Positions 9,971 to 19,872 of a DNA stretch of 64,000 bases are shown here, one piece after another. The notes below the pieces were generated by a model, which did no database searches, was not told the DNA's origin, and saw nothing but the letters and a program-made list of their open reading frames with translations. The DNA lies in the NCBI GenBank assembly GCA_041666485.1, contig JBAYGW010000005.1, forward strand, positions 3,654 to 67,653, written 5' to 3'. The translations under genes were made by a program, and so were the position numbers. The stretch is from Patescibacteria group bacterium. GTDB lineage: Bacteria; Patescibacteriota; Patescibacteriia; UM-FILTER-42-10. Numbering within the stretch: position 1 is the stretch's first letter; each line of letters starts with the position of its first letter.

Positions 9971-11245
9971 TTACTTTTTCCTTTTCTTATTATCCAAGGA
10001 TTCCATGAAATGCTCTATGATATCAACTGCCCGGTTGCCGTTACGGTATGAACGGATTGCTTTTTTGAATTTTTGCGCGTTCTTACGGTATTTATTGTGT
10101 TTTAATATTTTTTCAATCGCAAACCGGATTTCCGACGGTTTAACATCCAGAGCGTCTTTCAGCAGGGAATTCGGATTGACCCAGGTTGGTTTGATCGGAT
10201 TCAGGTTAATACCGCATTTCAGGCGTTCAATTCTTTTGGCGTTATACCACTGTCCGTAGTTATGCGGAATTACAATGCATGGCTTACCGTATTTCAAAGC
10301 CTGCATAACCGTGCCATGCCCGCCGTGATGAATGACAATATCACTGATCTCACATGCTCTCTGGCCGGGTAAATAGGTTTCCACCCACACATTTTTCGGT
10401 AGTTTGCCGATTTTCCTTTTATTGAAATTCGGTCCGAGACTGACAATCAACTGGTAGTCAGAATCCGTGATTGCTTCAACCGTATTATTGAACATATCCT
10501 GATTATAGATTGTTCCGCCAAGGGAAAGATAAATGATCGGCTTGTTTTTATTCAAGTCCTTAAACCAAGCCGGCTCTTTTTTTTCAAAACCCTTCCAGAG
10601 CAACGGGCCGACAAAATAAGCATCACTCGGCAGCGGAGAAAGCGAATTATATTCCGGAACATCCGCAACCAGTTTGAGATCCGCGTCGTACTGGGCATAA
10701 ACCGAAGCTTTAGCATACTGGTCGGATACTTTATGAAAAGGAACCTTCATCGCCTGGCGCGAAATAAAATTTACAAAAATCCAGCCGATAAAATAGTAAA
10801 ACTGGTTTAAAAGTTTCTTTTCGGAAAGATCCAGACCGTTTCCCTTCCAGAATTCTTTGAGGTAAATTGAATTGGCGATCGTAATCCACGGCACTTTTTT
10901 TATTCGGGTGGAGATACAGGCGGTAGTCCGCTTGTCAGAAATTACAACATCCGGTTTATATTTATCAATAATTGATAAATCTTCCTGCACGTAATTGGAA
11001 AGCAAATCCAAATATTCATTTTTCTGGGCAAATTTATACTCCTCCGCCACGTCAAAACTGGTTGATGGCGCCAGTGTATAAGTTCCGTAACCGGCTTTAC
11101 GCACAAAATTCCGCTTATCCATACTGACGGCAAAGCGGATATGATATTTAGACTTCGGCAACAGATCAGCAATCGCCAAACAACGGGTGATATGCGCCAA
11201 CCCGTCGGAGTGCGGAAGAAACAGAATTTTTTTTCTTTTGATCAT
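9971..11245 (-). CDS. GT1-family (UGT/MGT-like) glycosyltransferase
   Basis: C-terminal nucleotide-sugar binding signature 'HHGGHGTVMQALKYGKPCIVIPH'. 424 aa. Confidence 0.7.
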   Translation of the reverse strand: MIKRKKILFLPHSDGLAHITRCLAIADLLPKSKYHIRFAVSMDKRNFVRKAGYGTYTLAPSTSFDVAEEYKFAQKNEYLDLLSNYVQEDLSIIDKYKPDVVISDKRTTACISTRIKKVPWITIANSIYLKEFWKGNGLDLSEKKLLNQFYYFIGWIFVNFISRQAMKVPFHKVSDQYAKASVYAQYDADLKLVADVPEYNSLSPLPSDAYFVGPLLWKGFEKKEPAWFKDLNKNKPIIYLSLGGTIYNQDMFNNTVEAITDSDYQLIVSLGPNFNKRKIGKLPKNVWVETYLPGQRACEISDIVIHHGGHGTVMQALKYGKPCIVIPHNYGQWYNAKRIERLKCGINLNPIKPTWVNPNSLLKDALDVKPSEIRFAIEKILKHNKYRKNAQKFKKAIRSYRNGNRAVDIIEHFMESLDNKKRKK

Positions 11246-11248
11246 TCT

Positions 11249-11866
11249 TTAATGTGAATAAGGTTTCCCGGATAATTTGGCTATTTCCTGCATAACTTCC
11301 CCGGTGGCCTTGTATAAAAGCTCTTTGGTAATTTCTTGATTATAATATTTGTCTAACGTAATCGGCTTGCCGACTTTAATCTTCGCTCTGCCGATCCCTT
11401 TGAAAAAATCTTTAAAAGACGCCTTAACAGTAGAGCCGCGCGGGCCGTCAATCCCGACCGGCACAACCGGTACCCTGTTAATGATGGCTAGTCTGGCCAC
11501 GCCGGTTTTACCTTTTGCTAATTCTCTATCAGGATTAGCTTTGCCTTCAGGAAATATACCAACAACTTCGCCTCTTTTCAATACCCCGTCTAGTTTTTCC
11601 AGGGCGCCTGCGCGATTTTCCGGATCAATCGGTACCGCGTCAAAAATCCGGTAATTCCCCGTCTTCGCAATAAAATTGATATGCCGGTTGATTGTTTTTA
11701 TTACCGGCGCCAGCAGAATATATTGGTCAAAATAACTGACATGATTTGCGGCAATTATAAAAGCACCGCTCTGCGGAATGTTTTCACAACCCTCGGGCTT
11801 TTTGGTAAGCAAATTAGTAAAAAAATATATCGGTCTGACAAACCAGGAATTAAGTCGTATTTTCAT
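11249..11866 (-). CDS. 1-acyl-sn-glycerol-3-phosphate acyltransferase-like (PlsC family)
   Basis: HX4D motif 'NHVSYFD'. 'FPEG' motif. Confidence 0.7.
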   Translation of the reverse strand: MKIRLNSWFVRPIYFFTNLLTKKPEGCENIPQSGAFIIAANHVSYFDQYILLAPVIKTINRHINFIAKTGNYRIFDAVPIDPENRAGALEKLDGVLKRGEVVGIFPEGKANPDRELAKGKTGVARLAIINRVPVVPVGIDGPRGSTVKASFKDFFKGIGRAKIKVGKPITLDKYYNQEITKELLYKATGEVMQEIAKLSGKPYSH

Positions 11867-11868
11867 AT

Positions 11869-12987
11869 TTACAGTTTTAAAGATTTTCTGCGGATATAGA
11901 CACTCTCAACGATACCAATTGAAAGTAAGCTCATCATCAGCGAACTTCCTCCGGCGCTGATGAATGGCAGAGGCAATCCGGCGACCGGTGCCAAACCCAG
12001 ATTCATCCCGATATTAATGAACATCTGTACCACAATCATTACCATAATCCCCCAGGCCGCGTAAATGCCGAAATCATCCTGCGCAACCCGGATAATTCTG
12101 ATAATCCGCCAAAATAAAAGCCCAAATATGGAAATTACGAAAAAAACGCCAATAAATCCCAGCTCTTCTGCAATCACGGCAAAAACAAAATCCGTTTCTT
12201 TTGCCGGCAAGAAATTTAAACGGCTCTGCGGGCCGAGCGAAAGACCCCTACCCCAAAACTGGCCGGAACCGATGGAAATAATGGACTGACTGACATTATA
12301 GCCCTGCTTCAGCGGGTCGCGCGTCGGTTGAACAAAATTGAGCACACGTTCTTTCTGGTAATCAGCCAGGAAAAACCAGCTGACAAACATCACCAAAAGC
12401 ATTGTACCCAGGATAATCAGGATGTGCGACTTTTTGATCCTGGTCAGCCAGGTCATCCCCGCCCAGATTGAAATAAAAATAATTGCGGATCCTAAATCCG
12501 GCTGCATCAGTACCAGCAATACCGGCAGGGCGATGAATGATGCGCTGATCAAAACGTTTTTGAAAGTAAACGGCTCGGATGCCTTATGCGCCAGGTATCG
12601 GGCCAGAAAAATAATCATCAGTATTTTTACAATTTCTACCGGCTGAAAAACCTGTCCAAAAAAAGAATACCAGCCTTTGGTACCGCGCACCGTAATACCG
12701 AAAAATAGCACCCCCAATAAAAGTGACACCCCCACCCAATAAATAATATTGGCATACCCCCTCAAAAACCGGTAATCAAAAAAGGCCAGGCTGAATAAGA
12801 AAATTATTCCCAGGCCAAAAGCCACTGACTGCGTGATCAACAAACTGAACGATCCGCCTTCCTGATTGACTGAAATGCTGTAAATAGCCAGCAACCCGAA
12901 CAGCACCAGAATGGTTACAATAATAAACAGGATCCAGTCAAACTTTTTAAATTGAGATAAGTATTTATCAAATATCATACCGATCAA
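11869..12987 (-). CDS. SEDS-family peptidoglycan glycosyltransferase (FtsW/RodA)
   Basis: About 10 TM helices. Conserved SEDS blocks ('PDLGSA', 'AEELGFIG'). Confidence 0.8.
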   Translation of the reverse strand: MIGMIFDKYLSQFKKFDWILFIIVTILVLFGLLAIYSISVNQEGGSFSLLITQSVAFGLGIIFLFSLAFFDYRFLRGYANIIYWVGVSLLLGVLFFGITVRGTKGWYSFFGQVFQPVEIVKILMIIFLARYLAHKASEPFTFKNVLISASFIALPVLLVLMQPDLGSAIIFISIWAGMTWLTRIKKSHILIILGTMLLVMFVSWFFLADYQKERVLNFVQPTRDPLKQGYNVSQSIISIGSGQFWGRGLSLGPQSRLNFLPAKETDFVFAVIAEELGFIGVFFVISIFGLLFWRIIRIIRVAQDDFGIYAAWGIMVMIVVQMFINIGMNLGLAPVAGLPLPFISAGGSSLMMSLLSIGIVESVYIRRKSLKL

Positions 12988-13004
12988 AAGAAATAAATCA
13001 AACT

Positions 13005-13862
13005 CTAGAATTCATCCGGTGAATACAACATACCCGGGTCATAGGCGTTTACTTCCGGCACAATCTTAACATTGGTAATTGACCGGTATTCGTCACTCCA
13101 GGAGATCCCCAGCTCTTTTGAAGCAAGCGCGCCGAACCGGTCAAATTTTATTTCATTGATTGCAACCGGCCGGTCACCGCTGTACAGTACTACCTGAAAA
13201 TTTACCTGCCAGAAATTATAGACTGTATTATTTTTAATATTTGCACTGGCTCTGGTGGAAAACGAGGTATAAGTGCCGCGCTCGCCCTGAATCGGGAGAT
13301 AATCTACTTTTGCATTATTTATTTCAAAATTAAGCGCGGGCTTTTCTTGCGGGAACTCAATCCTCTGCCACCCCGGATTATCTATAACCAACTTAGCAGC
13401 CGGCTTTTGCGCCGAGCTCTTTACCGAATACTTAAAAATAAACCGCTCCTCCTGCGGCAATAAAAAGGTATCGCCGGAATCCAGGTCAACTCCGTCCAAA
13501 ACAAAATGATACTGCAAATTACTTGCCATCCATTTTGCGTTTGGATTTTTCACATCGGCCACCAAATGGTAGGTTTGCGTCTGGCCGGGAACCGGTACTA
13601 ACTCTGTATTGACCACCTGAATATTCTGCGGTGCATTCGCCTGTTGGTATGCCTTAAAATCTATATATGTCTGACTAATTTGACTAGGTATCGCAACATA
13701 TCTACTCCACGTATAAAGCAGGATGACAGAGGTAAACAGGATGTACAAAAAAACCAGTAAATCCGCCACGGCTAGCAAAATGACCCACCACTTTTTCAGC
13801 TGGTAACGGTGGGTAACCCACCAAATGCTTATTTTAAGTTGTTTATCGCTGTATTCCGGCAT
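13005..13862 (-). CDS. Hypothetical membrane-anchored protein
   Basis: 285 aa. Single N-terminal TM, beta-rich extracytoplasmic region. Confidence 0.4.
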   Translation of the reverse strand: MPEYSDKQLKISIWWVTHRYQLKKWWVILLAVADLLVFLYILFTSVILLYTWSRYVAIPSQISQTYIDFKAYQQANAPQNIQVVNTELVPVPGQTQTYHLVADVKNPNAKWMASNLQYHFVLDGVDLDSGDTFLLPQEERFIFKYSVKSSAQKPAAKLVIDNPGWQRIEFPQEKPALNFEINNAKVDYLPIQGERGTYTSFSTRASANIKNNTVYNFWQVNFQVVLYSGDRPVAINEIKFDRFGALASKELGISWSDEYRSITNVKIVPEVNAYDPGMLYSPDEF

Positions 13863-13979
13863 AGATTATTCGTTGATATAAAAATACCATAAAAGGGCAA
13901 AAAGATGAAGCTTATTCATGTACTGTGCAAGATATGATATACTACATACGTTATCAATCTAATACTTCAATTTAAAAAT

Positions 13980-14321
13980 ATGTTTGACACCAGTAAGGAT
14001 ATATTATTTCTCGTCATTGCACTCTGTGTGTTTGTTGTTACAGTATTTTCCGTCTGGATTTTATATTACATTGCACAAATATTGAAATCTTCAAAAGAGA
14101 TGGTGGAAGAGATAAAGAATAAAGTGGAAGAGTTCGGCAACATACTGAATTTGCTTAAAGATAAAATCACCCATTCAACCACCATGCTGACAACGGTGGT
14201 AAAAGGGGTAACTGATTTATTGAATATGTTCAAAGGCAGAAGTTTCAGAAAAAAGGATAATGATGAAGAAGCATACGAAGAAGAGGAAGTTTCAGAAAAA
14301 CCACGCCGCAAAAAGAAATAA
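13980..14321 (+). CDS. Small hypothetical membrane-anchored protein
   Basis: 113 aa. N-terminal TM, charged K/E-rich C-terminus. Followed by a clean terminator. Confidence 0.35.
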   Translation: MFDTSKDILFLVIALCVFVVTVFSVWILYYIAQILKSSKEMVEEIKNKVEEFGNILNLLKDKITHSTTMLTTVVKGVTDLLNMFKGRSFRKKDNDEEAYEEEEVSEKPRRKKK

Positions 14322-14340
14322 CTCTCAATCGGAAATTATA

Positions 14341-14368
14341 AGCCCTCACAAATACAGAGGGCTTTTTG
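14341..14368 (+). terminator. Rho-independent terminator (AGCCCTC-N9-GAGGGCT + TTTTT)
   Basis: Perfect 7-bp stem followed by a T5 run, 20 nt after the stop at 14321. Confidence 0.65.
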
Positions 14369-14374
14369 TTGCAT

Positions 14375-14403
14375 TGATCAGGTCGGGGGAAAAGTGTTAT
14401 AAT
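14375..14403 (+). promoter_or_regulatory. Candidate promoter of dnaE: TTGATC-17-TGtTATAAT (extended -10)
   Basis: -35 at 14375-14380, TGn at 14395-14397, -10 at 14398-14403. 28 nt upstream of the dnaE ATG. Confidence 0.45.
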
Positions 14404-14431
14404 TTACAACTGAATTAACAAAACATCCAGC

Positions 14432-17400
14432 ATGAGTTTCGTCCATCTCCACACGCACAGCCATTACAGTCTGCTCGACGGACTGCCGAAAATCGGCGAT
14501 TTGGTTGCTAAGGCAAAAAAGCTGAATATGAACGCCCTGGCTTTGACCGACCATGGAGTTTTGTATGGTGCGATTGAATTTTTTCAAAAAGCGACGGAGG
14601 CCGGAATCAAACCGATAATCGGCGTGGAAGCCTATGTGGCAAAAAACGGAATGTACAACAAAAGATCCCGGGTTGATGACCGGCCGTACCATCTGATCCT
14701 GCTGGCCAAAAACCAGACCGGTTATCAGAATCTGCTGTCGCTTGTTACCAAAGCTCATCTGGAAGGATTTTATTACAAACCGCGCATTGACTGGGAGTTA
14801 CTGCAAAAACACTCCAAAGGCTTGATTGCCATGACCGCCTGTTTGCAGGGAGAGATACCGTCCGCGATCAGAAACAGCGATTTGAAACACGCCGAGGAAT
14901 TGATTAAAAACTATGCTTATTTGTTCGGTGAAGGAAATTTTTATCTGGAGCTGCAGCATCATCCCAGTATTGAACAGCAACAGCGTGTGAATGATGCACT
15001 GATTGGTCTGGGTAAAAAATTGAACGTCCCGCTGGTCGCAACCAATGACGTGCATTATCTGGAACCGGCGGATGCCTATCCGCAGGATGTGCTTTTGTGC
15101 ATCCAAATGAAAAGAAAGCAGGAAGAAACGGACCGGATTTCCTATGTCGGGGAAGATTTTTCCTTAAAGACACTAGAACAAATGGCCAGGGATTTCAGCC
15201 ACGTCCCGGAAGCGATAGAAAATACAGTTAAAATTGCCGAGAAGTGCAATTTGGACATTGAGTTCGGTAAAATAATGCTCCCGCATTTTGAAACGCCGAA
15301 GGAGAAAAATGCCGACGAATATTTACGGGAGCTCTGCTACCAAGGGATTAGCAAAAGATTCGGTATAAATATTCCGTCCGACCCGGCAAAACAGAATATT
15401 AATGATGACGAAACAAAAAAGATAATTGACCGCCTGGAATATGAATTAACGGTAATTCACAAAACTGGATTCGCCTCGTATTTTTTGATTGTGCAGGATT
15501 TTGTTAACTGGGCAAAAAGCAACAAAATCGTGGTTGGTCCGGGCAGAGGCTCCGCCGCCGGCAGTATTGTTTCCTATGTATTAAATATAACAAACCTTGA
15601 TCCCCTGCACTACGAGCTGATGTTTGAAAGATTTCTAAATCCCGAAAGAATTTCAATGCCTGATATTGATATTGATTTTGCCGATTCCCGCCGGAACGAA
15701 GTTATTACTTACGTGGAAGAAAAGTACGGCAAGGATCATGTGGCACAGATCATCACTTTCGGAACTATGGCCGCGAGAGCTGCCATCCGCGATGTCGGCA
15801 GAGTACAGGGACTGCCCTACAATTTTTGCGACCAAGTGGCAAAAATGATTCCGATGTTCATGACGCTGGATGATGCACTGAAAGCCGTACCGGAACTGAA
15901 AAGCTTGTACAGCACTGATCCGGAAGCAAAGAAGCTGATTGATACGGCCAAAAAACTGGAAGGTGTCGCCCGACATACCTCCACCCATGCCTGCGGAATT
16001 GTGATTGCTCCGGATCCGCTGGAGATGCATGTACCGACTCAATATGCCAGTCAGGATGACAAAACGATCATCACCCAGTATTCGCTGAACCCGATTGAGG
16101 ATCTGGGTCTTTTGAAAATGGACTTCCTCGGACTGAAGAACCTGACGATTCTGGAGAATGCCTTGGATATTATTTTTAAAACAACCGGTGAAGAAATAGA
16201 CATTGATAAAATTCCGCTGGATGACAAAAATGCTTTTAAGCTGTTCCAGAAGGGCGATACAATCGGTGTATTCCAGCTGGAAAGTTCCGGTATGACCCGT
16301 TACCTGAAGGAACTGAAACCGACTGATCTTGAAGACATCATCGCAATGGTTTCACTGTACCGGCCGGGACCGATGGAACTGATTCCGGATTATATTGCCG
16401 GCAAGCGCGGAAAGAAAAAAATTTCCTATCTCCATCCGAAACTGGAACCAATTTTAAATAAAACGTACGGCATTGCCGTTTATCAGGAACAGATTCTGCA
16501 GATTGCCCGCGATTTGTGCGGTTTCACATTGGGAGAAGCCGACATTCTGCGTAAGGCAATCGGTAAAAAAATCCGTTCTCTGCTGATGGAACAGCGGGAA
16601 AAATTTGTCCAGGGAGCAATCAATAACGGCATCCAGAAGCGCATCGCGGAAAAGCTGTTTGATTTCGTTGAGCCATTCGCCGAATACGGGTTTAACCGGT
16701 CCCATGCCGCCTGTTACGCAATGATCGCCTACCAGACAGCATACCTGAAAGCCAACTGGCCGGCTCAATTTCTGGCCGCACTTTTGACCGCTGACTACGG
16801 CAACACCGACCGGATTGCCGTGGAAGTTGCGGAAACAAAAAAACACGGTATTGAAGTTGTACCGCCGGATGTTAATGAAAGTTTTTCCACTTTTACCGTA
16901 GTTAAAGAAAGCCTGGACACCGAACAGCCGCGCATTCGTTTCGGACTGATGGCTATAAAGAATATCGGCACCAATATTGTCCGCACCATCATTGATGAAA
17001 GAAAAAAAGACGGTAAATATCAAAACCTGGAGGATTTTCTGAGACGCGTGCAAACAAAGGATTTAAACAAAAAGTCGCTGGAGAGTCTGATTAAGTGCGG
17101 AGCCATGGATGATTTCGGTAACCGCCAGACACTCCTGGATAATTTGGAATCAATATTAATCTACGCCAAAAACAGCCAGCGGGAAAGACTGAACGGCCAG
17201 ACCAACCTCTTCGGTATGCTGCCCGCTGAACACAGCCCGAAGCTGCGATTAACCGAATCAGAACCGGTGGATAAAAAAACAAGACTGGGTTGGGAAAAAC
17301 AGCTGCTGGGAATGTACATTTCAGAGCACCCGCTGGATGATTACCGGGAACAGCTGGAAAAATTGACCAGCCCGATCAATACACTAAGTAAAGGACTGAA

Positions 17401-17902
17401 AAGAAATATCACCGTCGGCGGAATAATAACTTCAATCAAAAAAATAATTACAAAAACTAACGAACAGATGCTTTTTGTCACCCTGGAAGATCTGACCGGA
17501 GCGGTAGAAATTATTGTATTCCCTTCCACGCTGAAGGATAATCATGAAATCTGGGCAGAAGATAAAATGCTGCTGGTTACGGGAAAAGTAAATACCAAAG
17601 AAGGCATTCCGAAATTAATCTGCGAAAAAGTAAAAGAGTTTGACGGACAAGCAAATTACGGTAAACCGGAAGTAGCGGAAAAGAAAATTCATGTTGAAAT
17701 TGCTAATTTGGAAAAAGAGACGCTGGACAAATTGAAAATAATTTTTGAAAATAATCCGGGTGAATACAAAGTTTTTCTGGCATGGAAAAATGGCGGCAGC
17801 CCTAAAATTATTTCAACCAAAACCGCAATCAGTATCAGTGATGAAACAGTGGCTGAAATTGAAACTATCGTCGGTAGCGGTGCGGTAAAAATATCAGACT
17901 AG
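14432..17902 (+). CDS. dnaE: DNA polymerase III alpha subunit
   Basis: PHP domain 'FVHLHTHSHYSLLDG'. Polymerase core. OB-fold C-terminus. 1156 aa. Confidence 0.95.
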   Translation: MSFVHLHTHSHYSLLDGLPKIGDLVAKAKKLNMNALALTDHGVLYGAIEFFQKATEAGIKPIIGVEAYVAKNGMYNKRSRVDDRPYHLILLAKNQTGYQNLLSLVTKAHLEGFYYKPRIDWELLQKHSKGLIAMTACLQGEIPSAIRNSDLKHAEELIKNYAYLFGEGNFYLELQHHPSIEQQQRVNDALIGLGKKLNVPLVATNDVHYLEPADAYPQDVLLCIQMKRKQEETDRISYVGEDFSLKTLEQMARDFSHVPEAIENTVKIAEKCNLDIEFGKIMLPHFETPKEKNADEYLRELCYQGISKRFGINIPSDPAKQNINDDETKKIIDRLEYELTVIHKTGFASYFLIVQDFVNWAKSNKIVVGPGRGSAAGSIVSYVLNITNLDPLHYELMFERFLNPERISMPDIDIDFADSRRNEVITYVEEKYGKDHVAQIITFGTMAARAAIRDVGRVQGLPYNFCDQVAKMIPMFMTLDDALKAVPELKSLYSTDPEAKKLIDTAKKLEGVARHTSTHACGIVIAPDPLEMHVPTQYASQDDKTIITQYSLNPIEDLGLLKMDFLGLKNLTILENALDIIFKTTGEEIDIDKIPLDDKNAFKLFQKGDTIGVFQLESSGMTRYLKELKPTDLEDIIAMVSLYRPGPMELIPDYIAGKRGKKKISYLHPKLEPILNKTYGIAVYQEQILQIARDLCGFTLGEADILRKAIGKKIRSLLMEQREKFVQGAINNGIQKRIAEKLFDFVEPFAEYGFNRSHAACYAMIAYQTAYLKANWPAQFLAALLTADYGNTDRIAVEVAETKKHGIEVVPPDVNESFSTFTVVKESLDTEQPRIRFGLMAIKNIGTNIVRTIIDERKKDGKYQNLEDFLRRVQTKDLNKKSLESLIKCGAMDDFGNRQTLLDNLESILIYAKNSQRERLNGQTNLFGMLPAEHSPKLRLTESEPVDKKTRLGWEKQLLGMYISEHPLDDYREQLEKLTSPINTLSKGLKRNITVGGIITSIKKIITKTNEQMLFVTLEDLTGAVEIIVFPSTLKDNHEIWAEDKMLLVTGKVNTKEGIPKLICEKVKEFDGQANYGKPEVAEKKIHVEIANLEKETLDKLKIIFENNPGEYKVFLAWKNGGSPKIISTKTAISISDETVAEIETIVGSGAVKISD

Positions 17903-17941
17903 CGGTACTCTTCCGATAAAATCGGAATTTTGGTATGATAA

Positions 17942-17965
17942 GGGTGGAAAATAACCATCCTTTTT
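17942..17965 (+). terminator. Weak terminator hairpin GGGTGG-N7-CCATCC (one G-U pair) + TTTTT
   Basis: Located 40 nt after the dnaE stop. Confidence 0.35.
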
Positions 17966-17971
17966 AAGTAT

Positions 17972-19129
17972 ATGCCGGCAATTAAAAAAGCAAAAATAGG
18001 AAAACGCTATTCAAAAATGGCTGTGCTGTTTCTCGGCGTGGCTTTGGTTGCGGTCGTCGCTATTGTATATGTATCGCTCGCCAAAACAGTAATCACGATT
18101 ACGCCCAGTCCGGAAGCGGTCAGTATTTCCTTTGATTTACCTTTAACCGCCGGAACAAATCAGTCTGAAAGCACGTCATATTCCCTAACAGGGCGGTTAG
18201 TGGAAAAACAGATCAAGGAAACCAAGACATTTACCAATGTAACCAGTCAAAGCAAAGTGCAGGGCAAAGCAGAAGGCGTGGTTACAATCTACAATAATTA
18301 TGGAAGCAACCAGCCGTTAACCGCAACCACCCGTCTGCTTTCGGAAGACAATGTTCTGTTCCGAACCAAAGAAACAGTGACGGTCCCGGCAGGAGGACAG
18401 GTTGAGGTTGCTGTGGAAGCGGATCAGGCTAGCGAGGCGGGCAATATCGGTCCTTCCCGATTTACGATCGTCGCGCTTTGGAAAGGACTGCAGGACAAAA
18501 TTTATGCCGAAAGCTCGGACGCAATGTCTAACGGCCTCCGTGACGTAACAGTCGCAACGCTGGAAAATATCAATGACGCCAAGGAACAATTTGCGATTGA
18601 ATTGAAGGAAAAAGCGACGGAAGAATTATCCCGGGAAGTGGCAATTAATAATTCATCGGAAAAAATTCTGCCACAGGCAGTTACTTACCAAATCTTAGAG
18701 GAAGATGCCGATGTTGAACCAGATACCGAAGTGAATTCATTTGATATAACCAGTAAAATAAATGTCATCGCCGCGGTATTTGATGAAACCGAATTATTCA
18801 ACCACACCAAACAACTGCTCTCTGAGAGAGTACCGGCAAACAAAGAACTGGCCGGCACGGAAATTAGCCTTTTACAATACGAAATAAAATCTTACGACCT
18901 GGAAAATCAAACTGCTGTTTTGGATGTATCGCTAAACGGAACTACCTATGTTAAATTGACCAGTCCGATTTTTGACCGCGATAATCTTTTAAACCGTGAT
19001 AAGCAGGAAATCAAAACATATTTTCTGGATTTTCCGGAAATTCAAAATGTGGATGTGAAATTTTCTCCGTTTTGGGTGTTCCGCTCCCCTTCCTTGAAAG
19101 ATCATATTGAAATCGTAATTACCAAATAG
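17972..19129 (+). CDS. Hypothetical membrane-anchored protein
   Basis: 385 aa. N-terminal TM ('VLFLGVALVAVVAIVYVSLA'). Extracytoplasmic T/S/N-rich region. Confidence 0.4.
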   Translation: MPAIKKAKIGKRYSKMAVLFLGVALVAVVAIVYVSLAKTVITITPSPEAVSISFDLPLTAGTNQSESTSYSLTGRLVEKQIKETKTFTNVTSQSKVQGKAEGVVTIYNNYGSNQPLTATTRLLSEDNVLFRTKETVTVPAGGQVEVAVEADQASEAGNIGPSRFTIVALWKGLQDKIYAESSDAMSNGLRDVTVATLENINDAKEQFAIELKEKATEELSREVAINNSSEKILPQAVTYQILEEDADVEPDTEVNSFDITSKINVIAAVFDETELFNHTKQLLSERVPANKELAGTEISLLQYEIKSYDLENQTAVLDVSLNGTTYVKLTSPIFDRDNLLNRDKQEIKTYFLDFPEIQNVDVKFSPFWVFRSPSLKDHIEIVITK

Positions 19130-19336
19130 CTCTGTCACATATTTGACAATCAGCCTGTTTTGGCATATCTTTAATCTACTTTCAAGCGATTGAGAAAGCC
19201 GACCAACTTTCTTCTCTCTAATCTGGAGAGGTGGATAAAACCGCTAAGCTTGCAAGCAAATCTATATAAAAGCGCCTAATTCTTGTATTATTACACTTAG
19301 GAATATGGGTGGAACCGTCCCGCAAAATCCGGGACC

Positions 19337-19364
19337 CCAAACACAATTAGTTGTTTGGTTTTTT
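19337..19364 (+). terminator. Terminator-like hairpin CCAAACA-N8-TGTTTGG + TTTTTT, at the 3' end of a candidate sRNA
   Basis: AT-rich stem with a T6 run. No CDS ends nearby, so it probably terminates a non-coding transcript starting near 19178. Confidence 0.4.
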
Positions 19365-19378
19365 AATTTTTAAATCTT

Positions 19379-19867
19379 ATGAAAGAATTATCACATTTCT
19401 GCGTAACTGACGTTTTTCTCGAAAATGAATTTGAGGAAGTTCTGATGTTGAAACGCAGTAAAAAGAAAAAGATCTTGCCAAATTTATACAATGGCCTGGG
19501 AGGTAAGATTGATAATGGTGAAACACCACTTCAGGCAATCCAAAGAGAAGCAAAGGAAGAAGCCGGAGTTATTTCAATGGAAAATTTACAGTACAGAGCG
19601 AATCTGTCTGTAAAAGATAAATTCGGATTTTGGCAGATATATATTTTTTACGGCAATGTCTACAAGAAAAATATAATTATTAAGGAAGTTGACGAAGGGA
19701 CATTGGAGTGGATACCAAAGAATAAATTACTTGACTATCAACTTGTCCCCGATTTGAATAACTGGTTACCAAAGATGTTCGCAAATCCAGAGGCCTTCCA
19801 ATTTGTAAAAATTGAATATGATGATAAATATAATTTAAAAAAAATAATGATTACACCATTAACTTAA
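19379..19867 (+). CDS. NUDIX hydrolase
   Basis: Nudix box 'GGKIDNGETPLQAIQREAKEEAGV' (Gx5Ex7REUxEExGU). Confidence 0.75.
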   Translation: MKELSHFCVTDVFLENEFEEVLMLKRSKKKKILPNLYNGLGGKIDNGETPLQAIQREAKEEAGVISMENLQYRANLSVKDKFGFWQIYIFYGNVYKKNIIIKEVDEGTLEWIPKNKLLDYQLVPDLNNWLPKMFANPEAFQFVKIEYDDKYNLKKIMITPLT

Positions 19868-19872
19868 ATAAT

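Noticed and set aside
14378-15173. Minus-strand ORFs (126, 102, 89 aa) overlapping the dnaE 5' region
   Set aside because: Antisense to a strongly supported essential gene. No motifs.
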